Source: Mycobacterium tuberculosis H37Rv
Lineage (GTDB): Bacteria > Actinomycetota > Actinomycetes > Mycobacteriales > Mycobacteriaceae
Assembly (NCBI RefSeq): GCF_000195955.2
Contig: NC_000962.3
Location: 2,070,001 to 2,102,000 of the forward strand
Length of the DNA stretch: 32,000 bases
Direction: 5' to 3'
The stretch's first letter is position 1. Every line of letters starts with the position of its first letter. Below, one piece after another: positions 1 to 8,728 of the stretch. Below the pieces are notes generated by a model. It was not told the DNA's origin. It saw only the letters and a list, made by a program, of their open reading frames with translations, and did not search any database. The position numbers and the translations under genes were made by a program.

Positions 1-1
1 C

Positions 2-625
2 CAACAGTTGCTCGTTGCGAGTGTGCGATCAACCCAGGCCGCCGCGACCACGTTGGCTCAACGGCGCAGCACACTCTCGGCGAAAGTCGACGACGTGCGG
101 CGGATCGTACTCGCAGACGACGCCGAGGGACAGCGGCTGCTGGCCCGTCTCGACGTGCTTAGCCTGGCCGCGGCCAGCGCACCGGTTGTCGGGCCTGGTC
201 TGACGGTGACCGTGACCGATCCCGGTGCGAGCCCTAATCTTTCCGACGTGTCCAAGCAGCGGGTCAGCGGTAGCCAGCAAATCATCCTCGACCGCGATTT
301 GCAGCTCGTCGTCAACTCACTGTGGGAAAGTGGCGCCGAGGCCATCTCGATCGATGGCGTCCGGATCGGGCCGAACGTCACGATCCGGCAAGCCGGCGGA
401 GCAATCTTGGTCGACAATAATCCCACGAGTAGTCCCTACACCATCTTGGCGGTCGGGCCGCCACATGCCATGCAGGACGTCTTCGATCGCAGCGCCGGGC
501 TGTACCGCCTGCGGCTGCTGGAGACCTCCTACGGTGTCGGCGTCAGTGTGAACGTCGGCGACGGTCTGGCATTGCCTGCCGGTGCGACCCGGGATGTCAA
601 GTTCGCCAAACAGATTGGGCCCTAG
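2..625 (+). CDS. DUF881-family protein, 5' end cut by window edge (Rv1823-like)
   Basis: Frame is open from the window edge to the stop at 623-625. The C-terminal region ([12 protein letters not shown]...[21 protein letters not shown]...[11 protein letters not shown]) is clearly paralogous to the ORF at 1036-1914, as expected for YlxW/YlxX-like DUF881 proteins. Confidence 0.8.
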
Positions 626-653
626 TGAGAGAAGTCCTGGTGAATAGGAAACC

Positions 654-1019
654 ATGGGGAGCGATACGGCCTGGAGTCCGGCGCGCATGATCGGGATCGC
701 GGCGCTCGCCGTTGGAATCGTGCTGGGTTTGGTTTTCCATCCCGGCGTGCCAGAGGTCATCCAGCCGTATCTGCCGATCGCGGTGGTCGCCGCGCTCGAC
801 GCGGTGTTCGGTGGCTTGCGCGCCTATCTCGAGCGGATCTTTGACCCGAAGGTCTTCGTGGTTTCGTTCGTGTTCAACGTTTTGGTGGCTGCCCTAATCG
901 TCTATGTCGGTGACCAACTGGGCGTCGGCACACAGTTGTCCACCGCGATCATCGTCGTGCTGGGCATCCGCATCTTCGGCAACACCGCGGCCTTGCGGCG
1001 GCGGTTGTTCGGAGCGTGA
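654..1019 (+). CDS. small basic integral membrane protein (Sbp/DUF1290-like, Rv1824-like)
   Basis: 121-aa ORF with ATG start, hydrophobic helices (IGIAALAVGIVLGLVF, VVSFVFNVLVAALIVYV) and a basic C-terminus (ALRRRLFGA). It sits between two DUF881 genes, as in the ylxW-ylxX-sbp arrangement. Confidence 0.8.
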   Translation: MGSDTAWSPARMIGIAALAVGIVLGLVFHPGVPEVIQPYLPIAVVAALDAVFGGLRAYLERIFDPKVFVVSFVFNVLVAALIVYVGDQLGVGTQLSTAIIVVLGIRIFGNTAALRRRLFGA

Positions 1020-1035
1020 CGGAGATGAGATCACC

Positions 1036-1914
1036 GTGAGTGAGAATCGCCCAGAACCCGTGGCAGCCGAGACTTCCGCCGCCACAACTGCGCGTCACTC
1101 CCAAGCCGACGCGGGCGCTCACGACGCCGTGCGACGTGGTCGTCACGAACTACCAGCCGACCATCCGCGCTCCAAGGTCGGACCGCTGCGGCGGACAAGA
1201 TTGACCGAAATACTGCGGGGTGGTCGCTCGCGTCTGGTGTTCGGGACGCTTGCGATCTTGTTGTGCTTGGTTCTGGGGGTTGCCATAGTCACTCAGGTCC
1301 GTCAGACCGACTCCGGTGATTCATTGGAAACAGCCCGTCCTGCAGACCTATTGGTGTTGTTGGATTCGTTGCGGCAACGCGAGGCCACGTTGAACGCCGA
1401 AGTGATCGACCTTCAGAACACGCTGAACGCGTTGCAGGCATCCGGCAACACCGATCAGGCAGCGTTAGAAAGCGCCCAGGCTAGATTGGCCGCGTTGTCC
1501 ATCCTGGTCGGCGCCGTGGGTGCCACCGGGCCGGGCGTCATGATAACGATCGACGATCCGGGACCCGGAGTAGCGCCTGAGGTGATGATCGACGTGATCA
1601 ACGAACTGCGTGCCGCTGGAGCCGAGGCGATCCAGATCAACGATGCACACCGGTCGGTGCGGGTCGGGGTTGACACCTGGGTTGTCGGTGTGCCCGGCTC
1701 ACTGACAGTCGACACCAAGGTCCTGTCCCCGCCGTATTCGATTCTGGCGATTGGTGATCCTCCAACGCTGGCCGCGGCGATGAACATTCCTGGTGGTGCA
1801 CAGGACGGTGTCAAACGCGTCGGCGGGCGGATGGTTGTGCAGCAGGCCGACCGTGTGGACGTGACCGCCTTGCGGCAACCAAAACAGCACCAATACGCTC
1901 AGCCCGTCAAGTGA
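1036..1914 (+). CDS. DUF881-family membrane protein (Rv1825-like)
   Basis: GTG at 1036 gives 292 aa. It has one TM segment (LVFGTLAILLCLVLGVAIV), a coiled-coil-like stretch, then the DUF881 core (GPGVMITIDDPG...INELRAAGAEAIQIN...SPPYSILAIGDP). The longer track ORF from 904 overlaps the upstream gene, so I rejected it. Confidence 0.8.
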   Translation: MSENRPEPVAAETSAATTARHSQADAGAHDAVRRGRHELPADHPRSKVGPLRRTRLTEILRGGRSRLVFGTLAILLCLVLGVAIVTQVRQTDSGDSLETARPADLLVLLDSLRQREATLNAEVIDLQNTLNALQASGNTDQAALESAQARLAALSILVGAVGATGPGVMITIDDPGPGVAPEVMIDVINELRAAGAEAIQINDAHRSVRVGVDTWVVGVPGSLTVDTKVLSPPYSILAIGDPPTLAAAMNIPGGAQDGVKRVGGRMVVQQADRVDVTALRQPKQHQYAQPVK

Positions 1915-1951
1915 ACTAGCCCAACTCCGAGCCGACCAGAATAGGATTACC

Positions 1952-2356
1952 GTGAGCGATATCCCGTCCGATCTGCACTACACCGCCGAACACGAGTGGA
2001 TTCGCCGCAGTGGCGACGACACCGTCCGGGTGGGGATCACCGACTATGCACAGTCGGCGCTTGGCGACGTCGTTTTCGTTCAGCTACCCGTTATCGGCAC
2101 CGCGGTCACCGCCGGCGAGACCTTCGGCGAAGTGGAATCGACGAAATCTGTGTCGGATCTCTATGCGCCCATTTCGGGTAAGGTGTCTGAGGTCAACAGC
2201 GATCTGGACGGCACTCCGCAATTGGTGAATTCCGACCCCTACGGAGCCGGCTGGCTGCTGGACATCCAGGTCGACAGCTCGGATGTCGCTGCCCTGGAGT
2301 CAGCTTTGACGACACTGCTCGACGCTGAGGCCTACCGCGGCACACTGACCGAGTGA
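1952..2356 (+). CDS. gcvH: glycine cleavage system protein H
   Basis: 134 aa with GTG start. It shows the canonical H-protein sequence with the lipoyl-lysine motif (GEVESTKSVSDLYAPISG). Confidence 0.95.
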   Translation: MSDIPSDLHYTAEHEWIRRSGDDTVRVGITDYAQSALGDVVFVQLPVIGTAVTAGETFGEVESTKSVSDLYAPISGKVSEVNSDLDGTPQLVNSDPYGAGWLLDIQVDSSDVAALESALTTLLDAEAYRGTLTE

Positions 2357-2513
2357 CGATTGCTAAGGTCCCTGCCAGCGTCACGTGGGAGGTCGCGGGT
2401 CTGCACGGATCCGGGCCGGGCAGGGCAATCGAGCCTGGGATCCGCTGGGGTGCGCACATCGCGGACCCGTGCGCGGTACGGTCGAGACAGCGGCACGAGA
2501 AAGTAGTAAGGGC

Positions 2514-2519
2514 GATAAT
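2514..2519 (+). promoter_or_regulatory. candidate -10 element (GATAAT) for garA inside a purine/AT-rich tract
   Basis: GATAAT lies within a locally AT/purine-rich stretch (2497-2542, only 3 C in 46 nt), about 77 nt upstream of the garA GTG. There is no transcript evidence. Confidence 0.2.
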
Positions 2520-2595
2520 AGGCGGTAAAGAGTAGCGGGAAGCCGGCCGAACGACTCGGTCAGACAACGCCACAGCGGCCAGTGAGGAGCAGCGG

Positions 2596-3084
2596 GTGAC
2601 GGACATGAACCCGGATATTGAGAAGGACCAGACCTCCGATGAAGTCACGGTAGAGACGACCTCCGTCTTCCGCGCAGACTTCCTCAGCGAGCTGGACGCT
2701 CCTGCGCAAGCGGGTACGGAGAGCGCGGTCTCCGGGGTGGAAGGGCTCCCGCCGGGCTCGGCGTTGCTGGTAGTCAAACGAGGCCCCAACGCCGGGTCCC
2801 GGTTCCTACTCGACCAAGCCATCACGTCGGCTGGTCGGCATCCCGACAGCGACATATTTCTCGACGACGTGACCGTGAGCCGTCGCCATGCTGAATTCCG
2901 GTTGGAAAACAACGAATTCAATGTCGTCGATGTCGGGAGTCTCAACGGCACCTACGTCAACCGCGAGCCCGTGGATTCGGCGGTGCTGGCGAACGGCGAC
3001 GAGGTCCAGATCGGCAAGTTCCGGTTGGTGTTCTTGACCGGACCCAAGCAAGGCGAGGATGACGGGAGTACCGGGGGCCCGTGA
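2596..3084 (+). CDS. garA: FHA-domain glycogen accumulation regulator GarA (OdhI homologue)
   Basis: 162 aa. The N-terminal phospho-threonine motif is VETTSVFR. The C-terminal FHA domain is [22 protein letters not shown]...SLNGTYVN. Confidence 0.95.
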
Positions 3085-3824
3085 GCGCACCCGATAGCCC
3101 CGCGCTGGCCGGGATGTCGATCGGGGCGGTCCTCGACCTGCTACGACCGGATTTTCCTGATGTCACCATCTCCAAGATTCGATTCTTGGAGGCTGAGGGT
3201 CTGGTGACGCCCCGGCGGGCCTCATCGGGGTATCGGCGGTTCACCGCATACGACTGCGCACGGCTGCGATTCATTCTCACTGCCCAGAGGGACCATTACC
3301 TGCCGCTGAAGGTGATCAGGGCCCAGCTGGACGCCCAGCCCGACGGTGAGTTGCCACCATTCGGATCTCCTTACGTTCTACCGCGATTGGTGCCCGTAGC
3401 CGGCGACAGTGCTGGCGGCGTCGGGTCGGACACCGCGTCCGTGTCGCTCACGGGTATCCGGCTCAGTCGGGAAGACCTCCTGGAACGATCGGAAGTGGCC
3501 GACGAGCTACTGACGGCCCTGCTCAAAGCCGGTGTGATCACCACCGGGCCGGGCGGCTTCTTCGACGAACACGCCGTCGTGATCCTGCAATGCGCACGAG
3601 CGCTGGCCGAATACGGCGTCGAGCCGCGGCATCTACGCGCCTTCCGCTCCGCGGCCGACCGGCAGTCCGACCTGATTGCCCAGATTGCCGGCCCGCTCGT
3701 CAAGGCCGGCAAGGCCGGTGCCCGCGACCGGGCCGACGACTTGGCCCGTGAGGTGGCCGCGCTTGCTATAACTTTGCACACGTCGCTGATCAAGTCTGCG
3801 GTTCGCGACGTTCTTCACCGCTGA
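3081..3824 (+). CDS. MerR-family transcriptional regulator (Rv1828-like; homologue of corynebacterial FtsR)
   Basis: 247 aa with an N-terminal MerR HTH ([10 protein letters not shown]...[21 protein letters not shown]). The start GTG overlaps the garA stop (GTGA at 3081-3084), suggesting translational coupling. Confidence 0.85.
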
Positions 3825-3942
3825 GGACTAGACTTCGTTCGACAGCTTGGTGTTCGACGTCACGGTAGAGACGTGGCGCCCACCGCGTCGTCGCACCGAG
3901 CGTGAGTCGGACACCGGTTGCATGTGCGGAGGGCAGACGCAG

Positions 3943-4437
3943 ATGGGTGAAGTTCGTGTTGTCGGCATTCGCGTCGAGCAGCCGCAGAACCAGCCGGTGC
4001 TGTTATTGCGCGAGGCCAACGGTGATCGATACCTGCCGATCTGGATCGGCCAGTCGGAGGCTGCCGCTATCGCGCTGGAGCAGCAAGGCGTCGAGCCGCC
4101 ACGTCCGCTGACCCATGATCTGATCAGGGATCTCATTGCTGCGCTGGGGCATTCGCTCAAAGAGGTGCGCATTGTAGACCTGCAGGAAGGAACTTTCTAC
4201 GCTGATCTGATCTTCGACCGCAATATCAAGGTGTCCGCCCGTCCCTCGGACTCGGTGGCAATCGCATTGCGAGTGGGTGTTCCGATCTACGTCGAGGAGG
4301 CCGTACTAGCCCAGGCCGGTCTGCTGATTCCCGACGAAAGTGACGAGGAGGCCACCACCGCTGTTCGCGAGGACGAGGTGGAGAAATTCAAAGAGTTTCT
4401 CGACAGTGTGTCACCTGACGATTTCAAGGCCACCTAG
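3943..4437 (+). CDS. DUF151 bifunctional-nuclease-like protein (Rv1829-like)
   Basis: ATG at 3943 is preceded by GGAGGG (3928-3933) and gives 164 aa. The DUF151 core is VRVVGIRVE...PVLLLRE...RYLPIWIG..EA.AI, followed by an acidic UVR-like C-terminal tail. Confidence 0.8.
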   Translation: MGEVRVVGIRVEQPQNQPVLLLREANGDRYLPIWIGQSEAAAIALEQQGVEPPRPLTHDLIRDLIAALGHSLKEVRIVDLQEGTFYADLIFDRNIKVSARPSDSVAIALRVGVPIYVEEAVLAQAGLLIPDESDEEATTAVREDEVEKFKEFLDSVSPDDFKAT

Positions 4438-4636
4438 CGCGGCGACGATGCGCGCCGGGACGGCGGGCTGAGGAGGCGCGCGATAAGGCCGAGCGCGGCG
4501 ACGATGCGCGCCGGGACGGCGGGCTGAGGAGGCGCGCGATAAGGCCGAGCGCGGCGACGATGCGCGCCGGGACGGCGGGCTGAGGAGGCGCGCGATAAGG
4601 CCGAGCGCGGCGACGATGCGCGCCGCGACGGCGAGC
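4437..4636. repeat. MIRU/VNTR-type tandem repeat, 56-bp unit x 3 plus a degenerate copy of about 32 bp (probably VNTR locus 2074 / Mtub24)
   Basis: The unit GCGCGGCGACGATGCGCGCCGGGACGGCGGGCTGAGGAGGCGCGCGATAAGGCCGA starts at 4437, 4493 and 4549 as identical copies. A fourth copy from 4605 diverges after about 21 nt. The array begins on the last base of the Rv1829-like stop codon. Confidence 0.9.
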
Positions 4637-4840
4637 ATCCATTATTTGCCGGCCAGCAACGTCACGGCTGCGTCTCATCTCTGGCTGCAATTGTCGACAC
4701 GCCTAGCGGTTAGTGCCTAATGCGCCCGGCGACCGCGATACTTTGATCACGACCTGATAGTTAACCGGGAGCATCGCGCCCATCGAACAGCGTATGCTCT
4801 CTAACACTCGGGCCCTCAGTAATGGCTGTCGGGGGAGCCA

Positions 4841-5518
4841 GTGACGCAGCTAGTGACAAGAGCGCGATCGGCGAGAGGAAGCACCTTGGGCGAGCAGCCA
4901 CGTCAAGACCAGCTCGACTTTGCTGACCACACGGGCACTGCTGGTGATGGTAACGACGGCGCCGCTGCGGCCAGCGGACCCGTGCAGCCCGGCCTGTTCC
5001 CCGACGATTCCGTTCCTGACGAGTTGGTAGGTTATCGCGGACCGAGCGCCTGCCAGATCGCTGGGATCACCTACCGCCAGCTCGACTATTGGGCGCGCAC
5101 ATCGTTGGTTGTGCCGTCGATCCGTAGTGCGGCAGGATCCGGCAGCCAGCGGCTGTACTCGTTCAAGGACATCTTGGTTCTCAAGATCGTCAAACGGTTG
5201 CTCGACACCGGTATCTCGCTGCACAACATCCGGGTTGCAGTTGACCATCTGCGCCAGCGTGGCGTCCAGGATCTGGCCAACATCACCTTGTTCTCCGATG
5301 GGACCACCGTGTACGAGTGCACGTCGGCCGAGGAGGTCGTCGACCTCCTGCAGGGCGGCCAGGGTGTGTTCGGCATCGCCGTCTCGGGCGCGATGCGGGA
5401 GCTGACGGGTGTTATCGCCGACTTCCACGGTGAGCGCGCCGACGGCGGGGAGTCGATTGCTGCCCCCGAAGATGAACTGGCCTCCCGACGCAAGCATCGC
5501 GACCGCAAGATCGGCTAG
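4841..5518 (+). CDS. MerR-family transcriptional regulator (Rv1830-like)
   Basis: 225 aa. GTG at 4841 is preceded by GGGGGAG. The N-terminus looks disordered, followed by a MerR HTH ([23 protein letters not shown]......GSQRLYSF.D). Confidence 0.85.
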
Positions 5519-5537
5519 CCGAGAGTTCCCCCGCGAA

Positions 5538-5587
5538 CAGACACAGAATCGCACGCGGCAGGCTCCTCGGATGCGATTGTGTGTCTG
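5538..5587 (+). terminator. stem-loop downstream of the Rv1830-like gene (I-shaped terminator candidate)
   Basis: CAGACACAGAATCGCA (5538-5553) pairs with TGCGATTGTGTGTCTG (5572-5587) at 15 of 16 positions around an 18-nt loop. It lies 20 nt after the stop codon and has no U tract. Confidence 0.35.
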
Positions 5588-5595
5588 CTCGGCAG

Positions 5596-5601
5596 TAGAC
5601 T
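5596..5601 (+). promoter_or_regulatory. candidate -10 element (TAGACT) for the riboswitch-gcvB transcript
   Basis: It matches the mycobacterial TANNNT pattern and lies about 20 nt upstream of the first riboswitch aptamer. There is no transcript evidence. Confidence 0.25.
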
Positions 5602-5621
5602 GGACAACGCATCGCTCTAGT

Positions 5622-5862
5622 GCGGGAGAGTTCTGTGGCTGCCAGCTACGGACGCCGAAGGAGCAATACCTCTCCGTCAACCTCTCAGGCACCCGGACCG
5701 CGCGAGACTACGATGCCTCTGGAAAGCGGTGGCGACCCCTGGCGGTCCTCACCCGCCGATGGGGAAAGGCGATTCACCTGACGGTGGACAGAGTCGCCGA
5801 ATCTCTCAGGCGCCTGGCGTGCAGGTGAAGACAGAGGGAGAGGGCCGCTAGTCCTCTGCTTT
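5622..5862 (+). promoter_or_regulatory. tandem glycine riboswitch (two aptamers plus expression platform) controlling gcvB/gcvP
   Basis: Aptamer 1 contains CGGGAGAG...CGCCGAAGGAGCAA...CTCTCAGGC...GGACCG (about 5623-5700). Aptamer 2 contains CTCTGGAAAG...CACCCGCCGATGGGGAAA...CTCTCAGGC...GACAGAG (about 5717-5836). Then CAGAGG (5833-5838) can pair with CCTCTG (5853-5858), followed by CTTT, just upstream of SD AGGAG (5866-5870) and GTG 5877. Confidence 0.8.
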
Positions 5863-5876
5863 GTCAGGAGTTCACC

Positions 5877-8702
5877 GTGTCCGACCATTCGACGTTCGCA
5901 GACCGGCACATCGGTCTGGACAGCCAGGCCGTCGCGACCATGCTCGCCGTGATCGGGGTGGATTCGCTCGATGACCTGGCAGTCAAGGCGGTCCCGGCGG
6001 GCATCCTAGACACACTCACCGACACCGGAGCCGCACCGGGTTTGGACAGTCTGCCACCGGCTGCCAGCGAAGCCGAGGCGCTGGCCGAGCTGCGAGCGCT
6101 GGCCGACGCTAACACCGTCGCCGTGTCGATGATCGGGCAAGGCTACTACGACACACACACCCCCCCGGTGCTGTTGCGCAACATCATCGAGAACCCGGCC
6201 TGGTATACCGCCTACACGCCGTACCAGCCCGAGATTAGTCAGGGTCGGCTGGAAGCCTTGCTGAACTTCCAGACCCTGGTCACCGATCTGACCGGCCTCG
6301 AGATCGCGAACGCGTCGATGCTCGACGAGGGCACCGCGGCGGCCGAGGCCATGACTTTGATGCACCGCGCGGCCCGCGGGCCGGTGAAGAGGGTGGTCGT
6401 GGACGCCGACGTGTTCACCCAGACCGCGGCGGTGCTGGCCACCCGCGCCAAGCCGCTGGGTATCGAGATCGTCACGGCCGACCTGCGCGCCGGTCTGCCC
6501 GACGGCGAATTTTTCGGCGTCATCGCCCAGCTGCCCGGGGCCAGCGGCCGGATCACCGACTGGTCTGCCCTGGTGCAACAGGCCCACGACCGTGGCGCAC
6601 TGGTGGCCGTCGGCGCCGACTTGTTGGCGCTGACGCTGATCGCGCCGCCCGGAGAGATCGGCGCTGACGTCGCCTTTGGCACCACACAACGGTTCGGAGT
6701 GCCGATGGGGTTTGGCGGCCCGCATGCCGGGTACCTTGCGGTGCACGCCAAGCATGCGCGTCAGCTGCCCGGCCGGCTGGTCGGTGTGTCCGTCGACAGT
6801 GACGGCACGCCGGCCTATCGGTTGGCGCTGCAGACTCGCGAGCAACACATCCGCCGCGACAAGGCCACCAGCAACATCTGCACCGCACAAGTGCTGTTGG
6901 CGGTGCTTGCCGCGATGTACGCGAGCTACCACGGCGCGGGCGGGCTGACCGCCATCGCACGCCGGGTGCATGCCCACGCCGAGGCTATCGCCGGTGCACT
7001 GGGCGATGCGTTGGTGCACGACAAGTACTTCGACACGGTGTTGGCCCGGGTGCCCGGTCGTGCCGACGAGGTGCTGGCCAGGGCCAAGGCCAACGGCATC
7101 AACCTGTGGCGTGTCGACGCCGACCATGTGTCGGTAGCCTGCGACGAAGCCACCACTGACACCCACGTGGCGGTCGTTCTGGACGCGTTCGGTGTAGCGG
7201 CCGCCGCACCCGCCCATACGGACATCGCAACGCGCACATCGGAGTTCCTGACGCATCCAGCGTTCACGCAATACCGCACCGAGACGTCGATGATGCGGTA
7301 CTTGCGTGCGCTGGCGGATAAGGATATTGCCCTCGACCGCAGCATGATTCCGCTCGGCTCGTGCACGATGAAACTCAACGCCGCCGCCGAGATGGAGTCG
7401 ATTACCTGGCCTGAATTCGGGCGTCAGCATCCATTTGCCCCGGCATCTGATACCGCTGGGCTGCGTCAACTTGTTGCCGACCTACAGAGTTGGCTGGTGC
7501 TGATCACCGGTTATGACGCGGTGTCGCTGCAACCTAACGCGGGCTCGCAAGGCGAGTATGCGGGCCTATTGGCGATCCACGAGTACCACGCCAGCCGGGG
7601 TGAACCGCATCGCGACATCTGCCTGATCCCGTCCAGCGCGCACGGCACCAATGCCGCGTCAGCCGCCTTGGCCGGCATGCGCGTGGTGGTGGTGGACTGC
7701 CACGACAACGGCGACGTCGACCTCGATGACCTGCGCGCTAAGGTCGGGGAGCATGCCGAGCGGTTGTCGGCGCTAATGATCACCTACCCGTCCACTCACG
7801 GCGTGTACGAACACGACATCGCCGAGATCTGCGCTGCCGTGCACGACGCGGGCGGCCAGGTATACGTCGACGGAGCCAACCTCAACGCCCTGGTCGGCCT
7901 GGCCCGGCCGGGCAAGTTCGGCGGTGACGTCAGTCACCTCAACCTACACAAGACATTCTGCATTCCGCACGGCGGCGGTGGCCCAGGCGTCGGCCCGGTG
8001 GCGGTGCGGGCGCACCTGGCACCGTTTCTGCCAGGTCACCCCTTCGCCCCCGAGCTGCCCAAGGGCTATCCGGTGTCGTCGGCACCATATGGGTCGGCTT
8101 CGATTCTTCCGATCACCTGGGCATACATCCGGATGATGGGGGCTGAGGGACTGCGGGCGGCATCGCTGACAGCGATCACGTCGGCTAACTACATTGCGCG
8201 CCGCCTTGACGAGTATTACCCGGTGCTGTACACCGGCGAGAACGGCATGGTCGCCCACGAGTGCATCCTGGACTTGCGCGGTATCACTAAGTTGACCGGT
8301 ATCACCGTCGACGATGTCGCAAAACGGCTGGCAGACTATGGTTTTCACGCACCAACGATGAGTTTTCCGGTGGCCGGTACGCTCATGGTGGAGCCCACCG
8401 AGAGCGAGAGCCTGGCCGAAGTGGACGCCTTCTGCGAGGCCATGATCGGCATCCGCGCCGAGATCGACAAAGTCGGGGCCGGGGAGTGGCCTGTCGACGA
8501 CAATCCGCTGCGCGGCGCACCGCACACCGCGCAGTGCCTGCTGGCGTCTGATTGGGACCACCCGTATACGCGGGAACAGGCCGCCTACCCGCTCGGCACC
8601 GCATTCCGACCCAAGGTTTGGCCCGCGGTACGTCGCATCGACGGCGCCTACGGGGATCGCAACCTGGTCTGCTCATGCCCGCCGGTAGAGGCTTTTGCCT
8701 AA
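5877..8702 (+). CDS. gcvB: glycine dehydrogenase (decarboxylating), glycine cleavage P protein
   Basis: 941 aa, single-chain P protein. Hallmarks are [11 protein letters not shown] and the PLP-lysine region [19 protein letters not shown]. It lies directly downstream of the glycine riboswitch. Confidence 0.97.
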   Translation: MSDHSTFADRHIGLDSQAVATMLAVIGVDSLDDLAVKAVPAGILDTLTDTGAAPGLDSLPPAASEAEALAELRALADANTVAVSMIGQGYYDTHTPPVLLRNIIENPAWYTAYTPYQPEISQGRLEALLNFQTLVTDLTGLEIANASMLDEGTAAAEAMTLMHRAARGPVKRVVVDADVFTQTAAVLATRAKPLGIEIVTADLRAGLPDGEFFGVIAQLPGASGRITDWSALVQQAHDRGALVAVGADLLALTLIAPPGEIGADVAFGTTQRFGVPMGFGGPHAGYLAVHAKHARQLPGRLVGVSVDSDGTPAYRLALQTREQHIRRDKATSNICTAQVLLAVLAAMYASYHGAGGLTAIARRVHAHAEAIAGALGDALVHDKYFDTVLARVPGRADEVLARAKANGINLWRVDADHVSVACDEATTDTHVAVVLDAFGVAAAAPAHTDIATRTSEFLTHPAFTQYRTETSMMRYLRALADKDIALDRSMIPLGSCTMKLNAAAEMESITWPEFGRQHPFAPASDTAGLRQLVADLQSWLVLITGYDAVSLQPNAGSQGEYAGLLAIHEYHASRGEPHRDICLIPSSAHGTNAASAALAGMRVVVVDCHDNGDVDLDDLRAKVGEHAERLSALMITYPSTHGVYEHDIAEICAAVHDAGGQVYVDGANLNALVGLARPGKFGGDVSHLNLHKTFCIPHGGGGPGVGPVAVRAHLAPFLPGHPFAPELPKGYPVSSAPYGSASILPITWAYIRMMGAEGLRAASLTAITSANYIARRLDEYYPVLYTGENGMVAHECILDLRGITKLTGITVDDVAKRLADYGFHAPTMSFPVAGTLMVEPTESESLAEVDAFCEAMIGIRAEIDKVGAGEWPVDDNPLRGAPHTAQCLLASDWDHPYTREQAAYPLGTAFRPKVWPAVRRIDGAYGDRNLVCSCPPVEAFA

Positions 8703-8709
8703 ACGCTCG

Positions 8710-8728
8710 TCGACCGGCCCCCGGTCGA
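8710..8728 (+). terminator. short GC hairpin after gcvB (terminator candidate)
   Basis: TCGACCGG-CCC-CCGGTCGA is a perfect 8-bp inverted repeat starting 8 nt after the TAA stop. The loop is very small and there is no U tail. Confidence 0.3.

Noticed and set aside
904-1035. N-terminally extended versions of several track ORFs (904, 3847, 9924, 17002, 21006, 25254, 26546, 26832, 27330, 29637, 30968)
   Set aside because: The extensions overlap the preceding gene or an intergenic regulatory region, are compositionally Arg/Pro-rich, and lack an SD. Internal starts with an SD or stop/start coupling reproduce conserved N-termini and family-typical lengths.
1942-1947. TAGGAT upstream of the gcvH GTG as a leaderless-type -10
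   Set aside because: Only 4 nt separate the hexamer from the start codon, against about 6 nt expected, so the geometry does not fit. I found no other support.
4411-4690. Minus-strand ORFs (75 and 88 aa) with repeated RRARPYRAPPQPAVPARIVAALG, and a possible CRISPR-like reading of the repeats
   Set aside because: The peptide periodicity simply mirrors the 56-bp tandem repeat. The units are directly adjacent with no unique spacers, so this is not a CRISPR array, and no cas genes are nearby.
5571-5828. 85-codon ORF upstream of gcvB (would correspond to an Rv1831-type annotation)
   Set aside because: Its ATG sits in a hairpin arm and its body coincides with both glycine-riboswitch aptamers. It shows no domain and has odd composition. 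I report it as a finding rather than as a CDS.
6006-7469. 487-aa ORF antisense to gcvB, with similar long antisense or alternative-frame ORFs at 14837-15856, 20959-21852, 23064-23996, 23770-24540 and 30124-31146
   Set aside because: They lie entirely inside strongly supported genes on the other strand and translate to Arg/Gly/Pro/Ala-rich low-complexity sequence with no motifs. They are the expected stop-codon-poor artefacts of a 65% GC genome.
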